Source: Lama guanicoe
Lineage: Eukaryota
NCBI GenBank assembly: GCA_013239625.1
Contig: MU055269.1
Span: forward strand, 3,659,225-3,723,224
Reading direction: 5' to 3'
DNA: 64,000 nt
Shown here: positions 37,331 through 50,830 of the stretch, piece after piece
Numbering within the stretch: the first letter of the stretch is position 1
How the letters are laid out: each line of letters opens with the position of its first letter
Made by a program: the position numbers and the translations under genes
Notes under the pieces: generated by a model
Told to the model about the DNA's origin: nothing
Databases searched by the model: none
The model's input: only the letters and a program-made list of their open reading frames with translations

Positions 37331-39334
37331 CCCTGAACCCATCAAAGTCCTTTTGCCACGTACGATGCAGCGGCCGCTCCCAGTGAAAACATACGGTCTG
37401 CTGGGAAGAGAAGCGATCCCCAAGGGCAGGTGCTCACCCTGCAGGAAAGGGACGTTTAGGGCAAGGAAAACAGCTGATGTCAAGTCCACCACGCGTGGGG
37501 CCCAGACTCGGAGATCAGAGGCGCCCCAGGGGAGAGGAAACCGCGGTGGGTCTTTACCAAGGACACGCAGTCAGCCTGGCGAGAACACAGCTGGATCAGC
37601 CACGCTGGGCACCAGAGTCCTGACCCGGAGGTGGTCCAGGAGGCCTGCTGCGCTGGGGCCAGGGGCGGGGCCCGAGCTCAGGACACCGCGACGCTGCGGC
37701 GGGTGGCTGCTCCAGCCGAGGATGAGAAATGAGCTGCAGACACCACTGAGGGGCAGAAGCTTCTGGCTCTGACTTCCAGTCCGTCAGTGAATTGGAGCTG
37801 CCGGCAATGGTGGGCTCCCGGCCGCGTGCGGCTGGGGAGCCGTCCTGCTGGCCCTGTCTTCTGAGCCACTTAACTCGGGGTGGGGGTCCTGTACCAGGAT
37901 CCTCGTCAGTCACTTAAAAAGTCTCAGCCTCTCGAAGTGCTGAAAGTTCAGGCTTTACATGCAGCAGCCGCCGCTGGAGAAGGCGCTTTCTTGCTCATTC
38001 AGACGTTTAACGGTGTCTGTTTGGTGCACAGGACACACAGCCATGGAGCTGACCCGTCTCTCAGAGGATGATTCTCTCAGAGCAGCCCCTGTGGACGTGG
38101 CCAAGCCTAACCCCTCGTGGCCCGCCCGCTCCGGGGTGACCCTGGTTCCAGGCTACCAGCTCCTGGCGGCCTGGGGCGGGTCTTCTCCTCCTTGGCTTCT
38201 CACGGGGGATTCGGACAGACACCACACGGCCGACTCGGTGGTGGCGGATGCAAGGGAAAGGGGGCCGCAGGTTGGACATTTGGTGGTGGGCTGAGGAGGG
38301 ACCTCGTGTTGGGACTAACTGTGAATCTGGTGATAAATGTTGAATCTGAGGGTCCAGCTGGCAGTTCTCAGAACAGGACTGAGGGGCACTTGCAGTGGGG
38401 CTGGACTCAGTCCCAGGGGTGGGGGGCTCGCTGGAGCACCAGGTGAGGGAGTGCACTAGGGCATCGATGCCCAGAGGGGCCCTGTGAGGGACGTGTCACC
38501 CCCCAAGAGGCTCAGGCATGGTGGCGGACGGGGCCCAGGGCTGCACAGCCCCACAGAGGCACGTAGATGCCTGTCTTCTCGCGGGGGAGCCCGGCAGCCC
38601 TGAAGGAGGAGGTCCACCACCCTCTGGGGCAGCTGAGGGGCTAGGTGGTGACTTGTGACCTTGGCGTGGCCAGCTGGCATGGGGCTCAGGCCAGACCTGT
38701 CCATGGCCGGGCACTGCCCTGCTCAGTGGCCCAGCTCCACCTCCCGGGGACCCTGCAAACTCCTGACACCTTTCCAGAAAGACGTTTTCGTCTAACAGGG
38801 CCTGGTCGTGCCTGGAAATGTCCAGCTGAAGCTGAGGTGGAGGACCCTGTCTGGGACCAGGTCCCAGAGTCACCACTTCTTGCTGGAAGCAGGGTTCTCC
38901 TCCAGAGCCACTAACGGCGGTGCCGTGGACAGATGCCTGGTGCTAGAACGGGCCACGGTCCACTGGGGCTGGTTTGCAGCCCCTGCCAACTGCGTACTGT
39001 AAATCTTCCCACGTGGTCCAGTTTAAGATACGACCCAGATGACCCGAGAGACAGCGCAGGCAGACAGGCACCGAGCGGTTCGTCCTGTAACGCGTTCAGT
39101 TCACGGTCAGCTCGCAAAGGTTGGTTTTTAATAACTGCACAGCCGCACAGCCCACCTGTGTCTGCCCCGCACGAACATTAAACAGCAAAATCCTTCATCA
39201 GCGTTGCTCTGTTGCTTGTTTGGTGAGAGATTCTCTGCTCTGCTGGTCCCTTTATAGCCCCTTCAGAGCCTCCCTTCTTTTCATAGAATCAAATAAATGC
39301 AGAGCTGGACGGACTTTGGAGGTGGAGCGGCCAA

Positions 39335-39470
39335 GCCTCTGGAACTTGGCTGCACACGGGTGAATCGCCTGGGGTCTTGTGAACAGAGATTCGGTTCCAT
39401 GGTCTGGGGCGGGGCCGAGCCCGGCACTTCCAGCAGGCCTGTGCAGACCACACTGTGAGCGGCCCAGGCC
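39335..39470. mobile_element. MER5A-like hAT-Charlie DNA transposon relic
   Basis: gaatcgcctggggtcttgtgaacagagatt...ggtctggggcggggccgag...gaccacactgtgag is collinear with the MER5A consensus as I recall it. Confidence 0.6.
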
Positions 39471-42400
39471 CTCATTTAAGATCCAGAGAGTTTCCGTGAC
39501 TCCCCTGAATCATGCTGCTAGTTCCTTAGACTAACTGCTTGCCTTTCTTCTTACCAATGTATTACAGATTTTCAGCTGTTTCCAGCACACTCACCTGCAC
39601 ACACAGATTAAGCAAATCTCAAGACTGACGGGCAACCCCTCTGGAAACAGAGCCCCCGGGATCCTTAGCTGTGCACTCACACGGTGTGCGACTGCAGCTC
39701 CAGGCTGCGTGGCGGCCACGACCGGCTGGCCTTTCTCACACTCACCACCAGGCAAGAGCCTGGCCTGCGTTTATCAAATAGCAAATGTCCTGGTTCCAGA
39801 GCCGAGCAAACACCACCCGGCTGGACACAGCTCACGGCGGACCTGAACAGCGCAGGCTCCCGCCACGACCACCAGCTCCATCCTGGCCCGGGGGCCCCAC
39901 GCCTCGAGTCCCGGGCCCTCCGCTGCGACCTCTCCCCACGGGCAGCCTCTGGTCCAAGCTGACTCGCATCTTCCCGGGCTCTGCTGCTGCTCCACCCCCT
40001 CCCAGGGCAGAGAGGCCTCCAGCCAGATGTGCGCCGTTCGCTGGGGAGGCCAAGGCCCCTCACGGTCCCCACCTCCTTTAGGGAACTGGCCATGAGCCTT
40101 TCCTGCCTCAGAAGCCTCAGCCAAGGAGAACTGGACCGGCTATCCTCCGAGGAGAACTCCGTGGGCCTCTGGGTGCAGAGTGCCTGCCCCCACCCAGCTC
40201 TGCATCTCATCAGGGGTGCAGACCCTGGGCACATCTGCCACTGTAACGAAGATGATGACACCAGAAGGTCCCAGTTACACACAGGTTGTACCTGGACGGA
40301 GCGCGGGGCAGGCCCGTTCCCCGGTGTGTGCTTCATGACCACACCTGCCTCCCAGGAGACCTGGTGTTGCTCTAGAACCGGTGGGCTGTGCGTCTCCTTC
40401 TAAATCGAAATTTCCTGTTTTATAACTTGGCCCGAGTCCAGTTTGACAAAAAGGAAAATTTTAAAGCTAGCAGCATTTGGCATTTTTTCTCCTGACAGCA
40501 ACTGTTTCTCTAATTGCTTGGCTGTCTTGGAGTCTCTGGGAGCGTGGTTTGAGGGCGTCTGGAGAGCCCTCGTTTGCTGAGCCGCACCTGTCTGGAAAGC
40601 TGTGGACCATTGTTTTATTTTTGGTTCTGGTAACCTCTGTTACGTAGGTGCTGAGGGACGGGAAGTTTTCCGGTCACTCCACAGCAAACATAGGAAAATA
40701 AGTGAACAGGGCAACCATTCAAATTCCAGCCTCTGCCTTCCAAGTCCCTGCAGTGCTGAGAGAGTTCCCTGGGTGGTGTTTCCAGAACTGCGTGCTAACC
40801 TAAGGACGGGGTCAACCATGGGGTGGTCCCCGATGCTGCAGACCCCCTGGAGGTGGGAAGTCCGTCTTTCAGCTGCTGAATCACTCCCAGCAAGGGGCAC
40901 GGTGCCCACACTGGGCGGGTCCCTGAAAACCACCTTCGAGAGAATAAATGAGTGCACACTGAAGTGTTCGGGGTCAGCCTTAGCAAAGCAACGCTTCCTG
41001 AAAGGCCCCCTTTCCAAAACACTGTCGTGTGTTGGACAACGCGGCTTTCAGGCACGCTGGGGCGGCACCGGCTGCGGGGGTGGGAGCAGGCCATCCTCCC
41101 CCTCCCCACTTGGCCCGCGTCGCTGTCTCTCCACCTGTCATGCTGACCTGAATCCCCACCACAGCTGACTGGGCTGGCCAGCCAGGGTGAATGGGGACCC
41201 TGGGGCTCCGTCTGACACCTGGGAGCTGCAGGCTGAGCCCCAAGCTGGGCTTGGACTCCACACCCGCCTCTCCACAGAGTGGGTCACATGCCGTTACACA
41301 CATGCCTTCACATGAAGCGAGGTATCCCCAGGGTGTCACTCACTTGGCTGTTAGCACAGACCCACTCGGTCCGGAGCCGGCCAAGGAGTCAGGGAGAGCC
41401 GGTGGAAGTATTTAGAAGAAAGCCTTTAAAACATTCTCAAATAGCGTGGCCTTTCCCCAGAGCTGCTTCCTGCCTGCGCTTGGTGTCTTGTCATCAAACA
41501 AAGAAATTTTATACCCGACGCAAACTTAGAACCAGCGTCCTTGCTGGTTACCAAGGGAGATTTTTTCTTACGATTCCTCACCTGATAATTACACTTCCCA
41601 CCCCCGATAACAAGTGGGAAAAGCACATCCCTGTGGGTGGGAGGAGGGGCGGGGGGTGTTTAAGGGCAGTAAAAACAGCCTGCGACCAACTGGAGGATAG
41701 TTTGCCCCCCCAGGCAGCACTGCTCGTCCGCAGGCGTCCCCGTCCACCTGTGATGCCATGTGGGATGGTGATGTCACTCCGATGACATCGTGGGACGATG
41801 TCCCTCAGAGCACCAGCGCTGCGGTCCTCAGAGCTGCAGGAGGGGATGTGACCTCAGCATCTGAGTCACCCAGTGCGTCCTTTCTGCAAGGGTCCCAGAG
41901 CATTCTTGGAAATACCCCCACCCCCACTGCTCCACCCTGCAGACACGGCCTCCTGCCGTGCGCACCGCACTCCAGTTGTCCCTGGGCCCACTGGGCTCTG
42001 TCCTGTCCTGTTGTGAAATGACACCTCTCACTTTTCACCCAAATACAGGGCCCACCCTGGTGTGCACCGCAGGTGTCCCCATGGGGAGGGCTGGGATGAG
42101 AGGGAGAGGGTGGGATAAAATGTGGCAGGGACCAGCAGCCGGGACACCAGCCCAGCAGAGCCCTTTCTGTCTCCGATGGGGTCCCCAGCTCTGGGTGTCC
42201 CAGCTGAGAGCTCGGAAGACACCATGCATGGAAGACCACCCTCAGATTGGACGTGAGTACACAGAAGCTGCCACTCTCTGCCTTGTGCTTTATCCCAGAG
42301 AACACGGCAGCCGGGAAGCACATAGCAGACGCGGGAGGCCCCAAACTCAGGGCCTTCGTGGCCCCGACCTCGGAGCGCGGCCGTGTCACTCCCGCATCTG

Positions 42401-44345
42401 TGCGGGGCGGCGGGGCAGAGCACGTGTGCCTGGGAGGCTCCCCAGGCCCAGTGCCCACATGTCCCTGTGCCTCTGCTGGGGGTATCCCTGGGGCGGGGCT
42501 GGACCCCTCCCGTGGGTGCAGCTCTGCTCCCCACCACGGGGCCCCGCCTGCCTGCTCCCTGCATCCAGCACTTGTGGCCCGTGAGCATCAGGGCTCTGCC
42601 ACAGCTCCGTCCACAGCCCAGCCCCACCAGTGGGCATGGGGCTGAGTCTGTGTCCACTGTCAGCTAAGAACATTCTAGCAACTCTGCTTTCTGGGCTGGC
42701 AGCGAAGAAAACAGTAGTTTTTGTTTGGTTTTGTGGTCTGTGGACTGGGCCCCCCGCTGCCTCTGAGAGGGGAGGCCGGGTGGGCAGCCCCAGGGCCCCA
42801 CGGGCGCCTGAGTGTCTGCACAGACCACTGTGGCCGAGCAGGGGAGGACGGGCAGGGGAGGGAACATGCTGCGTCACTGGTTTCGCCGTGTTCACGGAGC
42901 TAAGAGACCTCAGAGTTCACATAGGGATTCTACCCCACCCTCAAGGGAATGGGCATTTCAGTTTTGGGACCTGAGGAACCCGGCCCACCCACCACCATGG
43001 AGACCAGTTTGATGACACGCACGCAGTGGCCGGGGAGGCCCCACGACCACGCGTGCCCTCGAGGAGGCCCTGAAGACACCAAGCAAGGCCGCGTCACCCC
43101 GAACAACACGCCTGCGTCCAAACACTATCCCGTGAGGGTTTTAACGCCTGTCTCCTTGGATGCCAGGAGGGAGAGAGGGCAGGAGGAGCCTCGCTCCAGG
43201 GTTTGCTCCTCAGAGAGCTGTCATCTCGAAACTGGGGCAGAGGCTGGGAGAGGGGCCACCATGCTGGACAGCGCTCAGCGCTTCCGGAGAGTGCGAAGCA
43301 AGGGGTCAGAGCCGTCGGGAATCATCAGGGATCCTCAGGAAGATGCGGACGTGCGGAGCAAGGTGCCCTCGGAAAGTAGGCCGGAGCAGAGTCAGCAGAC
43401 TGTGCGTGAGGCAGCCTGAGGGTGGGGACAAGAGACCAGCCAGGGGAGGGTGTCCAGCCAGCTAACCTCCCTCCCGCCACAGCCCTGCCCACACAGAACA
43501 GCTGGGAACTGAAGCTGCCACTGCATCACTGCTTCTAAATGCAAACGCCATCCGCTCACGCCGCAGGAACTTGGTGTCTGGCCAGGTGCCAGATCTCCCA
43601 GGTGTGGGGCCATGTTACCCTCCAGCCCCAGGAGAGTCACTGACCCGATACCTGCATGTGACAAAGGGCGTGCATCCCCACGGCCTGAATGCCTGCACGT
43701 TGCACCTGATGCCTCTTTATAGGTGTGGCTCCCCTACAAGGGCAGAAGCTCTTTGCGTCACAAGCGTCTGGCACAGACTTAGCACCTAGAGGGTACTTGA
43801 GGAAAGTTCATGCATGAGTGAGAATAAATTGTTTTACAAGAAGGTGAAACTCACTGAGGGCAGAGTCCACGCACACGACAGGGGGTCTGCATCATGGACC
43901 TGGCGCCAGTCCCCCAGGGAATGAGTCTCCCCGGGTGGGAGGCCCCCTGCTGGTAAGGGGCAGGCAGCCAGGCTTGGTCTCACAGGGATGAGCAAGCAGG
44001 CACTGCGTGTCCCCTCCACCCCGAGAGACGACAATTTCCTCGGAGACACGTGGCGGGCGGGAAGCTACCACGCAGCACTGCTTCCACGCCCTCCCAGGCT
44101 GACTCTGCTCCTGCGACAAATGCGGCTCAGCTCTGACCCCTCAGGCCTCGGGGCATTTAACCTGCGGCCACACTGATGGGTCAAGTGCTGGCAGACCCGG
44201 CTTGAGGAAAATGGTCACGGAGCTGGAATCACTCAGCCCCAGGAGAGGGGAGGACAGGCTGCATTTGTCACCTGCAACGTCACTATTTTTAGCTCTTACT
44301 ATTCTCATTTTTGAGGTCTGAGGCTTCAGAGGACTACCGGAGGCT

Positions 44346-44408
44346 GTCAGCAGTCAGGAGGGGGCGCTGGGGGCCGTCAGCAGTCAGGAGGGGGCGCTGG
44401 GGGCCGTC
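44346..44408. repeat. Perfect 30-bp tandem duplication containing a CTCF-like motif
   Basis: gtcagcagtcaggagggggcgctgggggcc x2, plus a partial gtc. Confidence 0.92.
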
Positions 44409-47400
44409 CCCTATTTTCATTCACGGCAATGAATTGTCAGCCCTGAAATAATAAAAATAAACCGGTTTTGCTTTTTCTATTCCTCGAAACTGTATTTGAG
44501 ACATTAATAAACTCCCCTCACCTGAAAACCAGAGCAGGCCCAGACGACCTCTGCGCGAAGTCCGAGTGACCTGAAGCTGTCTCGGCGTTACAACAGCCTC
44601 GCAGACACGGGGTGAGGGACACGGGGTGAGGACAGTGTGCTCTGCAGCGGGTCTCACCTGGTGACTCTGCTGCCCCTCCCCGGGGACACTCGGCAATGTC
44701 TGCACAGTTTTGGTCACTCAGCCCTGCGAACCAAGGCCTTGACGCTCCACCACTGCACGACCCCAGCCTGACTTGCTGGGAGTTCATGCCTCTGGACACA
44801 GGGACCCGTTCAGTGATGGACACAGGGCCTGAGCTAAACCATTCCGATCCCTCCTGGGAGTGTTGCCAGAACTTTCTCTGGAGCCAAAGGGGCCTCGGCC
44901 CACGTGCAGCACCTGCTGAGAAGAGACCGGAGAGGACGGCTGCACCGGGACCCTGGGCCCCGTGACGCCCTTGAGCCTCAGCTCAGGGCCCCCTGGAGCC
45001 GGGCTCCCGGCCCAAGCCGGCCAGCTGTGGGTTAGCGCGTCTCAAGTCCCAGCAGCCCTCCTTTTATGTAACAAGTGCTCCCAGTAAGAGGCAGCTTCCT
45101 GAAATAAAACAGAAAATCGTTCACTGCTGAACAGCACTCCGGGGGCTGGGGGCTCTGGCCAAGCCAGTAATTCCCTTGTCTGATTCACAACTGCACACAT
45201 GATTCTCTGCCAGAATTCGTCTTCTTCCTTCTTCCCATCTTATGAGAGTCAGGCGGACACATTAGGTTTTTCTCTGTGACTTTCCTCTGCTCGGTTGTTC
45301 TGTGGTCAGAAATAGCACTTTCAATCCTCAGTATTTCACCGAATTGTAAGAGCCGGCCTACAGGGCATGGCTGGGCCTTCCCGGCACAGACCCCTCCTGG
45401 GGCACCCGCAGGTTCTCCAGTTACAGCGCAGGAGCCGGCATGAGGACTGCCTGCGGCTGAGGGCAGGCCCCACGCATTGCTCACTCCCCGCCTTTTATGG
45501 CTATGAATGTTGCCCAAGTTCTTTGTGGAAAACACTGAAGAGTTGAAATCACTCAGGCCCGCAGACAAGGGACATGGCGCTGGGGCCCACGTTTCCGTTC
45601 CCAGGGCATCTGAACCAGCCCGTCCGATTCACACACCTTTAGACGTTCTCCATTGACACATGACGCACAGTCTCTCGTCCTGCCCACGACTTGACCTTGT
45701 GTCCACGCCTGACCCACGGGTCGGCCTGGGGACAGCCTGAGGCGGACGCTGAGGGGATTTCCCATCTTTCACTATTCTCTCCTGTGAACGTGCTTAGACC
45801 CCAGGGTTTCCATCCTCGACTCTCTTCTTCAAAGAGGTTTTCAGGACAGGGCAACTGGACAGTTGGAACATAGCATCTCATTTCACAAGGAACAGAGGCA
45901 TCTTCTTAATTTGCATTCTCTAGTTACAAGTGCACTTGAACAGTTTTTCCAAATATTTGCTGGTATTTCGATTTTTTGTCGCTTTCATCTTCATCCCAAG
46001 GTGCCAGCCTTGAATATTCTGAGGGCAAACAGAGCTGAAACATCCCGAGCCCAGAGCTGACAGCAGCCCCAGTGGGGGACCAGCGCAAGGCTGCACGGGC
46101 CCCCATTACAGTCCCCGCAGGGCAGGGCAGAGCAGGGCTGAGCCGCGCTCTCCGTCCCTCCCGCACCTGCAGAGAGGACCCAGGACAGGGAGGAGCCTCC
46201 TGCTGGCAGGTCTCTCTCTCCCCCAAACCAGCTGCGACTCGAGGCTGCAGTCAGGCCAGTCATGGGACATGAGGGTTGGGACCCGCTACGTCTAGAAATT
46301 CACACTAAAAATCTGTTTGTCTGAGGTGTGGATGATGCAGCCCTTCTGACAAACAGAGTGCCGTTTTACTGGTCTTCAGTGGGAAGCAGAGGGGTGAGGA
46401 GCCCCCACCTCAACTCTCACAGGAGCCGTGAGTGGAGCACCAGCTTCAGGGCCACGTCAGGGAGCCTGGCTCAGCAGGAGGCGCGCGTGGCCGGAGAGTC
46501 CACCAAACCGATGCCAGGAAACTCGCTCCCCAGACGGCCCGATGCTGCCACGTCACCCTCCGGGTGATGCCCTTGTCTACCGAGGGAGGACAGAATGAAT
46601 CTCCCCAAGGGCCGGCCCCCACCGCGGCTCTACAGCCACAGCCCAAGCAGCCTTCACGCCCCCTGCTCTTCCCCCAGAAGGTCCCCATGGGCCCGACACT
46701 GGTGCAGACCTCACCTGCTGGCCCCGAGGTCTCTCCTGTGGCATTTGTAGTGAAGCCCCTTTTGTCCAGTAAAGGAGCCGTCCCGGGCTCACCGGGCACG
46801 CCACCTCTACCCTCCACCCCCGGCTGTTCAACGCCATTTCACCATGTCTTTTAACCTCCACCTGTCCCATTGCTGCCACCAAACACCACACCTGGACCTG
46901 CTCAGGGACTCTCAAAGCTGCTGCAGGGAAGAGAAGGACTCATGATTTTCCATCCACCGCATTTCCCCATGGACCGCCCTCCAGCCAGTCAGTTCCAAAA
47001 TGGAAGAAGATGGTTTAGTCAATCACTTCCCCTGCACCTGGTTCAAACATTTTTTGATTTAGTTGTATTTGCACAAGAAATATGGCCCATTGGCCAGCAA
47101 AATGTAAAACTAACCTTTTTATCCAGAAAACTGCTACAACTGGGGTAAACGACGGGGCCTGGGTCCAGAGCACAGTTTGCGGCGCTCCTGTGTGGGGGTG
47201 TCCTCTCCTGTTAAACGTGGGGCCAAAGACCTCCCCACCTGGCCCACCCCCACAACAGTGGAGCCCCCTCCCCAGAGGAGGGGGGGCCCCCCATCCAGCC
47301 GTCTGGCCCTTCTCTGCTTCCGACGGGGTCCCCCTGGGGCACCCTTCTATAGGGCCCCTCCCATCTCAGCCACGCCGAGACCCGAGGTCTTCGGGGTGAT

Positions 47401-47597
47401 GGTGCCAGAGGCCCACCCCTGACCCTGGGCTCAGCGTCTCTGAATCTCTGAATTCCTGGGCAGGCATGGGGCGAGGAGATGCTGAGGAGGGAGGGAGAGA
47501 GCTGCTAAGACCCACGATGGAAGGAACCCAACACCCGCCCTGGGAAGCACCGTCTGTGTTCTCCGGACATGTGCAACCTAGCACCCACCATGGCAAG

Positions 47598-47752
47598 GTG
47601 CACGTGCACACACACGCACATGCATGCATGCATGCACACGCCTCACACGTGCACACACATGCTTGCACACACCTCACACATGCACACAAGGTGAACACAG
47701 ACACATGCACACACACGCATGCACACGCAGGCTCGCACACACCTCACACGTG
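47598..47752. repeat. Degenerate (CA)n / alternating purine-pyrimidine tract
   Basis: gtgcacgtgcacacacacgcacatgcatgcatgcatgcacacgc... Confidence 0.85.
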
Positions 47753-50079
47753 CCGTCTACCCAGAGCTCCATCTTGCCCTTGACATTCTAAGGAGGGTGT
47801 GACCAGACCCCTCCTGGTCCCATAGGAAGCACGGAAAATCCTGGATCACTTGGTGTGTTTTGTATACCAGAAGCAGCTCTCCCTGTCCCATCTCCACCAG
47901 GGGCTCTGTTCTCTCTGCGGCCAATGCGAGCAGGATGGCCCCAGACTGAAGTGTTGTCAGCACTGCGGGAACTCCTTGTAATTAGCATCAGGCCTCGTTA
48001 TTCCTCAGCAGAGAAAAACGACCCCAAAGCTAACGTGGAAGCGTGCAGCTGGCATCCCTGCCGGGCCTTTGCGGACGCCCTGGAGCCACGTTGCCAGGAT
48101 GGTGATGAGACGGCAGGCCCCGGGCGGCTCGAGGATGGGTCTGCACAGGGGAGCAGTTAACAAGGGTGTGAGGCTGAGGGTGTATCCAGGGAGAAAGTCC
48201 AACAAAAGGCACCTCTGCCTGAGGCGCTGCATCTCCTCACAAGCGATGGTCGTGCTGCTTATCGAGGGAGGCGAGGACAGGAGGAACGGGACGCACTGCA
48301 GTCAGTCGTGGGACGGAGGGAGTGAGCGTCGCGGGCAGGGGCCCTGGCCCCCCGGACGGGGTTCTGTGGCCAGGATACCAGCAGGACGGAGGACATCTGA
48401 CCTCGCAGAGCCTCCACCTGGGCACCTGGGGACATCGGCTCAGACGAAACAAGCACCGAGAGCAGCGTCTGCAGTCGGCCAGGCTCAGAACCCTGAAGGA
48501 GGCTGGACTTCAGCATCCATTCGCTTGTTTCTAGCTGGAGGTGCTAACGGCCATCCTGGCAAGGAAGGCTGCGGGGCCGCTGAGAGGGAGCCTGGGGGGG
48601 CGAGGAGGGGGATGCGGCTCTGCTCCGCGCACCTGACGGTGACAGTCAACCTCCCTCTGAGGGACGGAGGGAGGCGAGGTCAAGGGCAGCGGGGACGCCA
48701 CTGCTCTGGTGTCTGGTTTATTTTTGTCTTATCCATTCCATAACTCTCTCCCGTGTGTCTCCTACACTGCTCCTATCATTTCTCGCAGGAAAATCTTGGT
48801 CTTTGCGTGCAATGGCTCTGACTCATTCATTGTTTTTCGAGGAAGGCGGCCACCTCCCATACAGGCTAGGAAACACCTGTTGTCTGTCACTTACTCATCC
48901 AGAACGGTTCCTCGTTCTTTCTGGTTTGTGTGTGTGTGCTGTGAAGGGTAGACTGCAGCTTTCTCCGTGTGTCTCTCTTTTTCTCACTACTGTCCTGGCC
49001 TCTGTGATCTGAGCCACCACTTTCTGCAGACTGAAGATGGTGGCGGGGTTCGTGTTTGGGGAGGAAGAATTTAAGGCTCATTTAAAGGCTGAGCCGAGAC
49101 AGATAAGCCCCACACGGCGGTGTCCTGGCTCTTCTATCTGGGGCCTTGCCGTCTGAGATCCACCGCTGCGCAACAGGGGGTTTCCAGCTGAGTTCAAAGC
49201 ACCTTTTGGCTGCAGTGCCCAGCACGCCCAGTGCAAACAGGTGTGAGCAAGTTCTTACTGAACTGGGTGAGGGTGAGTGGTCTCTCCCACGACGCTTGAG
49301 TGGCCAAGGCTCCACTCTGTTCACAAAGACAAGAGAAGTACTTCTCTTCCAGCTGTCACAAAGCCAAATAATTCAGGAAAAAAGCCATCACCCAAAACCT
49401 TACTCAGTATGCTCTACAGGATTAAGCAATTCAAATAATTTAAAATGTACTGCATCAGCTTTGAGGCTGCTTCGGAGAAGCACGACACAAGGGAAGCTGA
49501 ATGTTGAATTCATAAGCACAAAGTTGATCGAGGTAGCAAAAGACTCCTGCATTCATTCCACTGAAGATCTAAATTAAATGACGAGCCGCTCCTGCAGAAG
49601 GGCTGCGGTGCTTATTGGATCATTTCGTAACAAGAAGAGCAACACTGAAAAGCGTCACGTGAGTTGCTCACTAAGGCACAGGTTCTGAGGTTCACAGACA
49701 CGCAGCAGCCCCGCCAGGCTCACCGGCCTCCACCATGAGCATCTGCTCATCGGGACGAGAGAAGGACCAGGGCGCAGGAAGTGCCCTCACGCCTCGGATG
49801 CTGTTTGAGGACAGCTAAGAGACGCTGGTTGCTTACCTCCCACAGTACCTTTCGTCAGAGCTCGCCTTAAAGATTCTTGTTTGACCAGATTCACAGAGTC
49901 ACAGCTGCACCCGTTTCAGGGGCATGTCTGTCTCCAGAGTGAAACGTCGCCCAGTCCTTGAACCGCAAAGGCTCCCGGCGAAGGACCAGGGCCGTCGGGA
50001 TGACTTCCCGAGGCAAACACACTGAGTTTGTTTTAGCTACATTCCAGCAGCTTGCGTCCCTACGCAGAGCTCAAGGATG

Positions 50080-50830
50080 CCAAATTAAGATAAGGAAATG
50101 GGGGACCAGAGACACGCAGAGCTCGGGAAGTTAGGGCAGAGGATGAAAAGTGACGACCAAAGGAGGAGCTCTGAGAAAGCTCAAAGGAGCCACCGCTCCT
50201 GTGATGGGAGAGGTTTGATCTATCAAAGCGGGAGGGACAGAGCAGCCTCTGGGAGAGAAACAGATCACTCAGCAGTCGCCGGAACTGTGAGGTGACCGGA
50301 CACATGAAATGCTGCAAACACTCCAGACAGAAAAGCAAGAGGAGAGAAACGCGGGAAGACGATGGTTTTCCAGTAGCAGCTGAGTGAACCAGGGAAACGC
50401 CTGCGGTGGCTCTGGCAGGAGGAACCACCAGCAAGGAGAGGGGCTGGCCTGCAGAGATGGAGGGTGGCAGACCTTGAAACAGACCCCTTCTTCCAAGAAG
50501 AAGACGAGAAAAAAAAGGAAAGCCAAGAACAGGCAGATGAAAGAACGCAAGCGTCTGAAAGGCCGTCAGACTCCAGCAGCAGAGGCGACGTCTGCAGAAC
50601 AGAGCTCTGAGCACCTGTGAACCCAGAAGGGGCAGGCAGGCAGATGGGCAGATGGACAGATCGACAGACAGCGAGTTCATGCCACCAGGGGCCGGGGGTC
50701 TTTGTGGGGAGGTGAAAATGCTCTACCACTAGCTGTGATGGTTGGATGACTCTGTGAACATTCTAAAACCCACCAGGTCACAGCCATTAGAGGGATGGAT
50801 CGCACAGTATCTGAATTCTTTCTCAAGGAA
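50080..50830 (+). mobile_element. Highly decayed L1M fragments (ORF1-like purine-rich stretch plus 3' end)
   Basis: A-rich sense strand with aacagagctctgagcacctgtg, and the L1M 3'-end pattern gtgaaaatgctcta...gtgatggttggatgactctgtgaacattctaaaac. Confidence 0.45.

Noticed and set aside
38070-38380. Possible MER21-like LTR remnant
   Set aside because: Resemblance too weak to call without a Dfam search.
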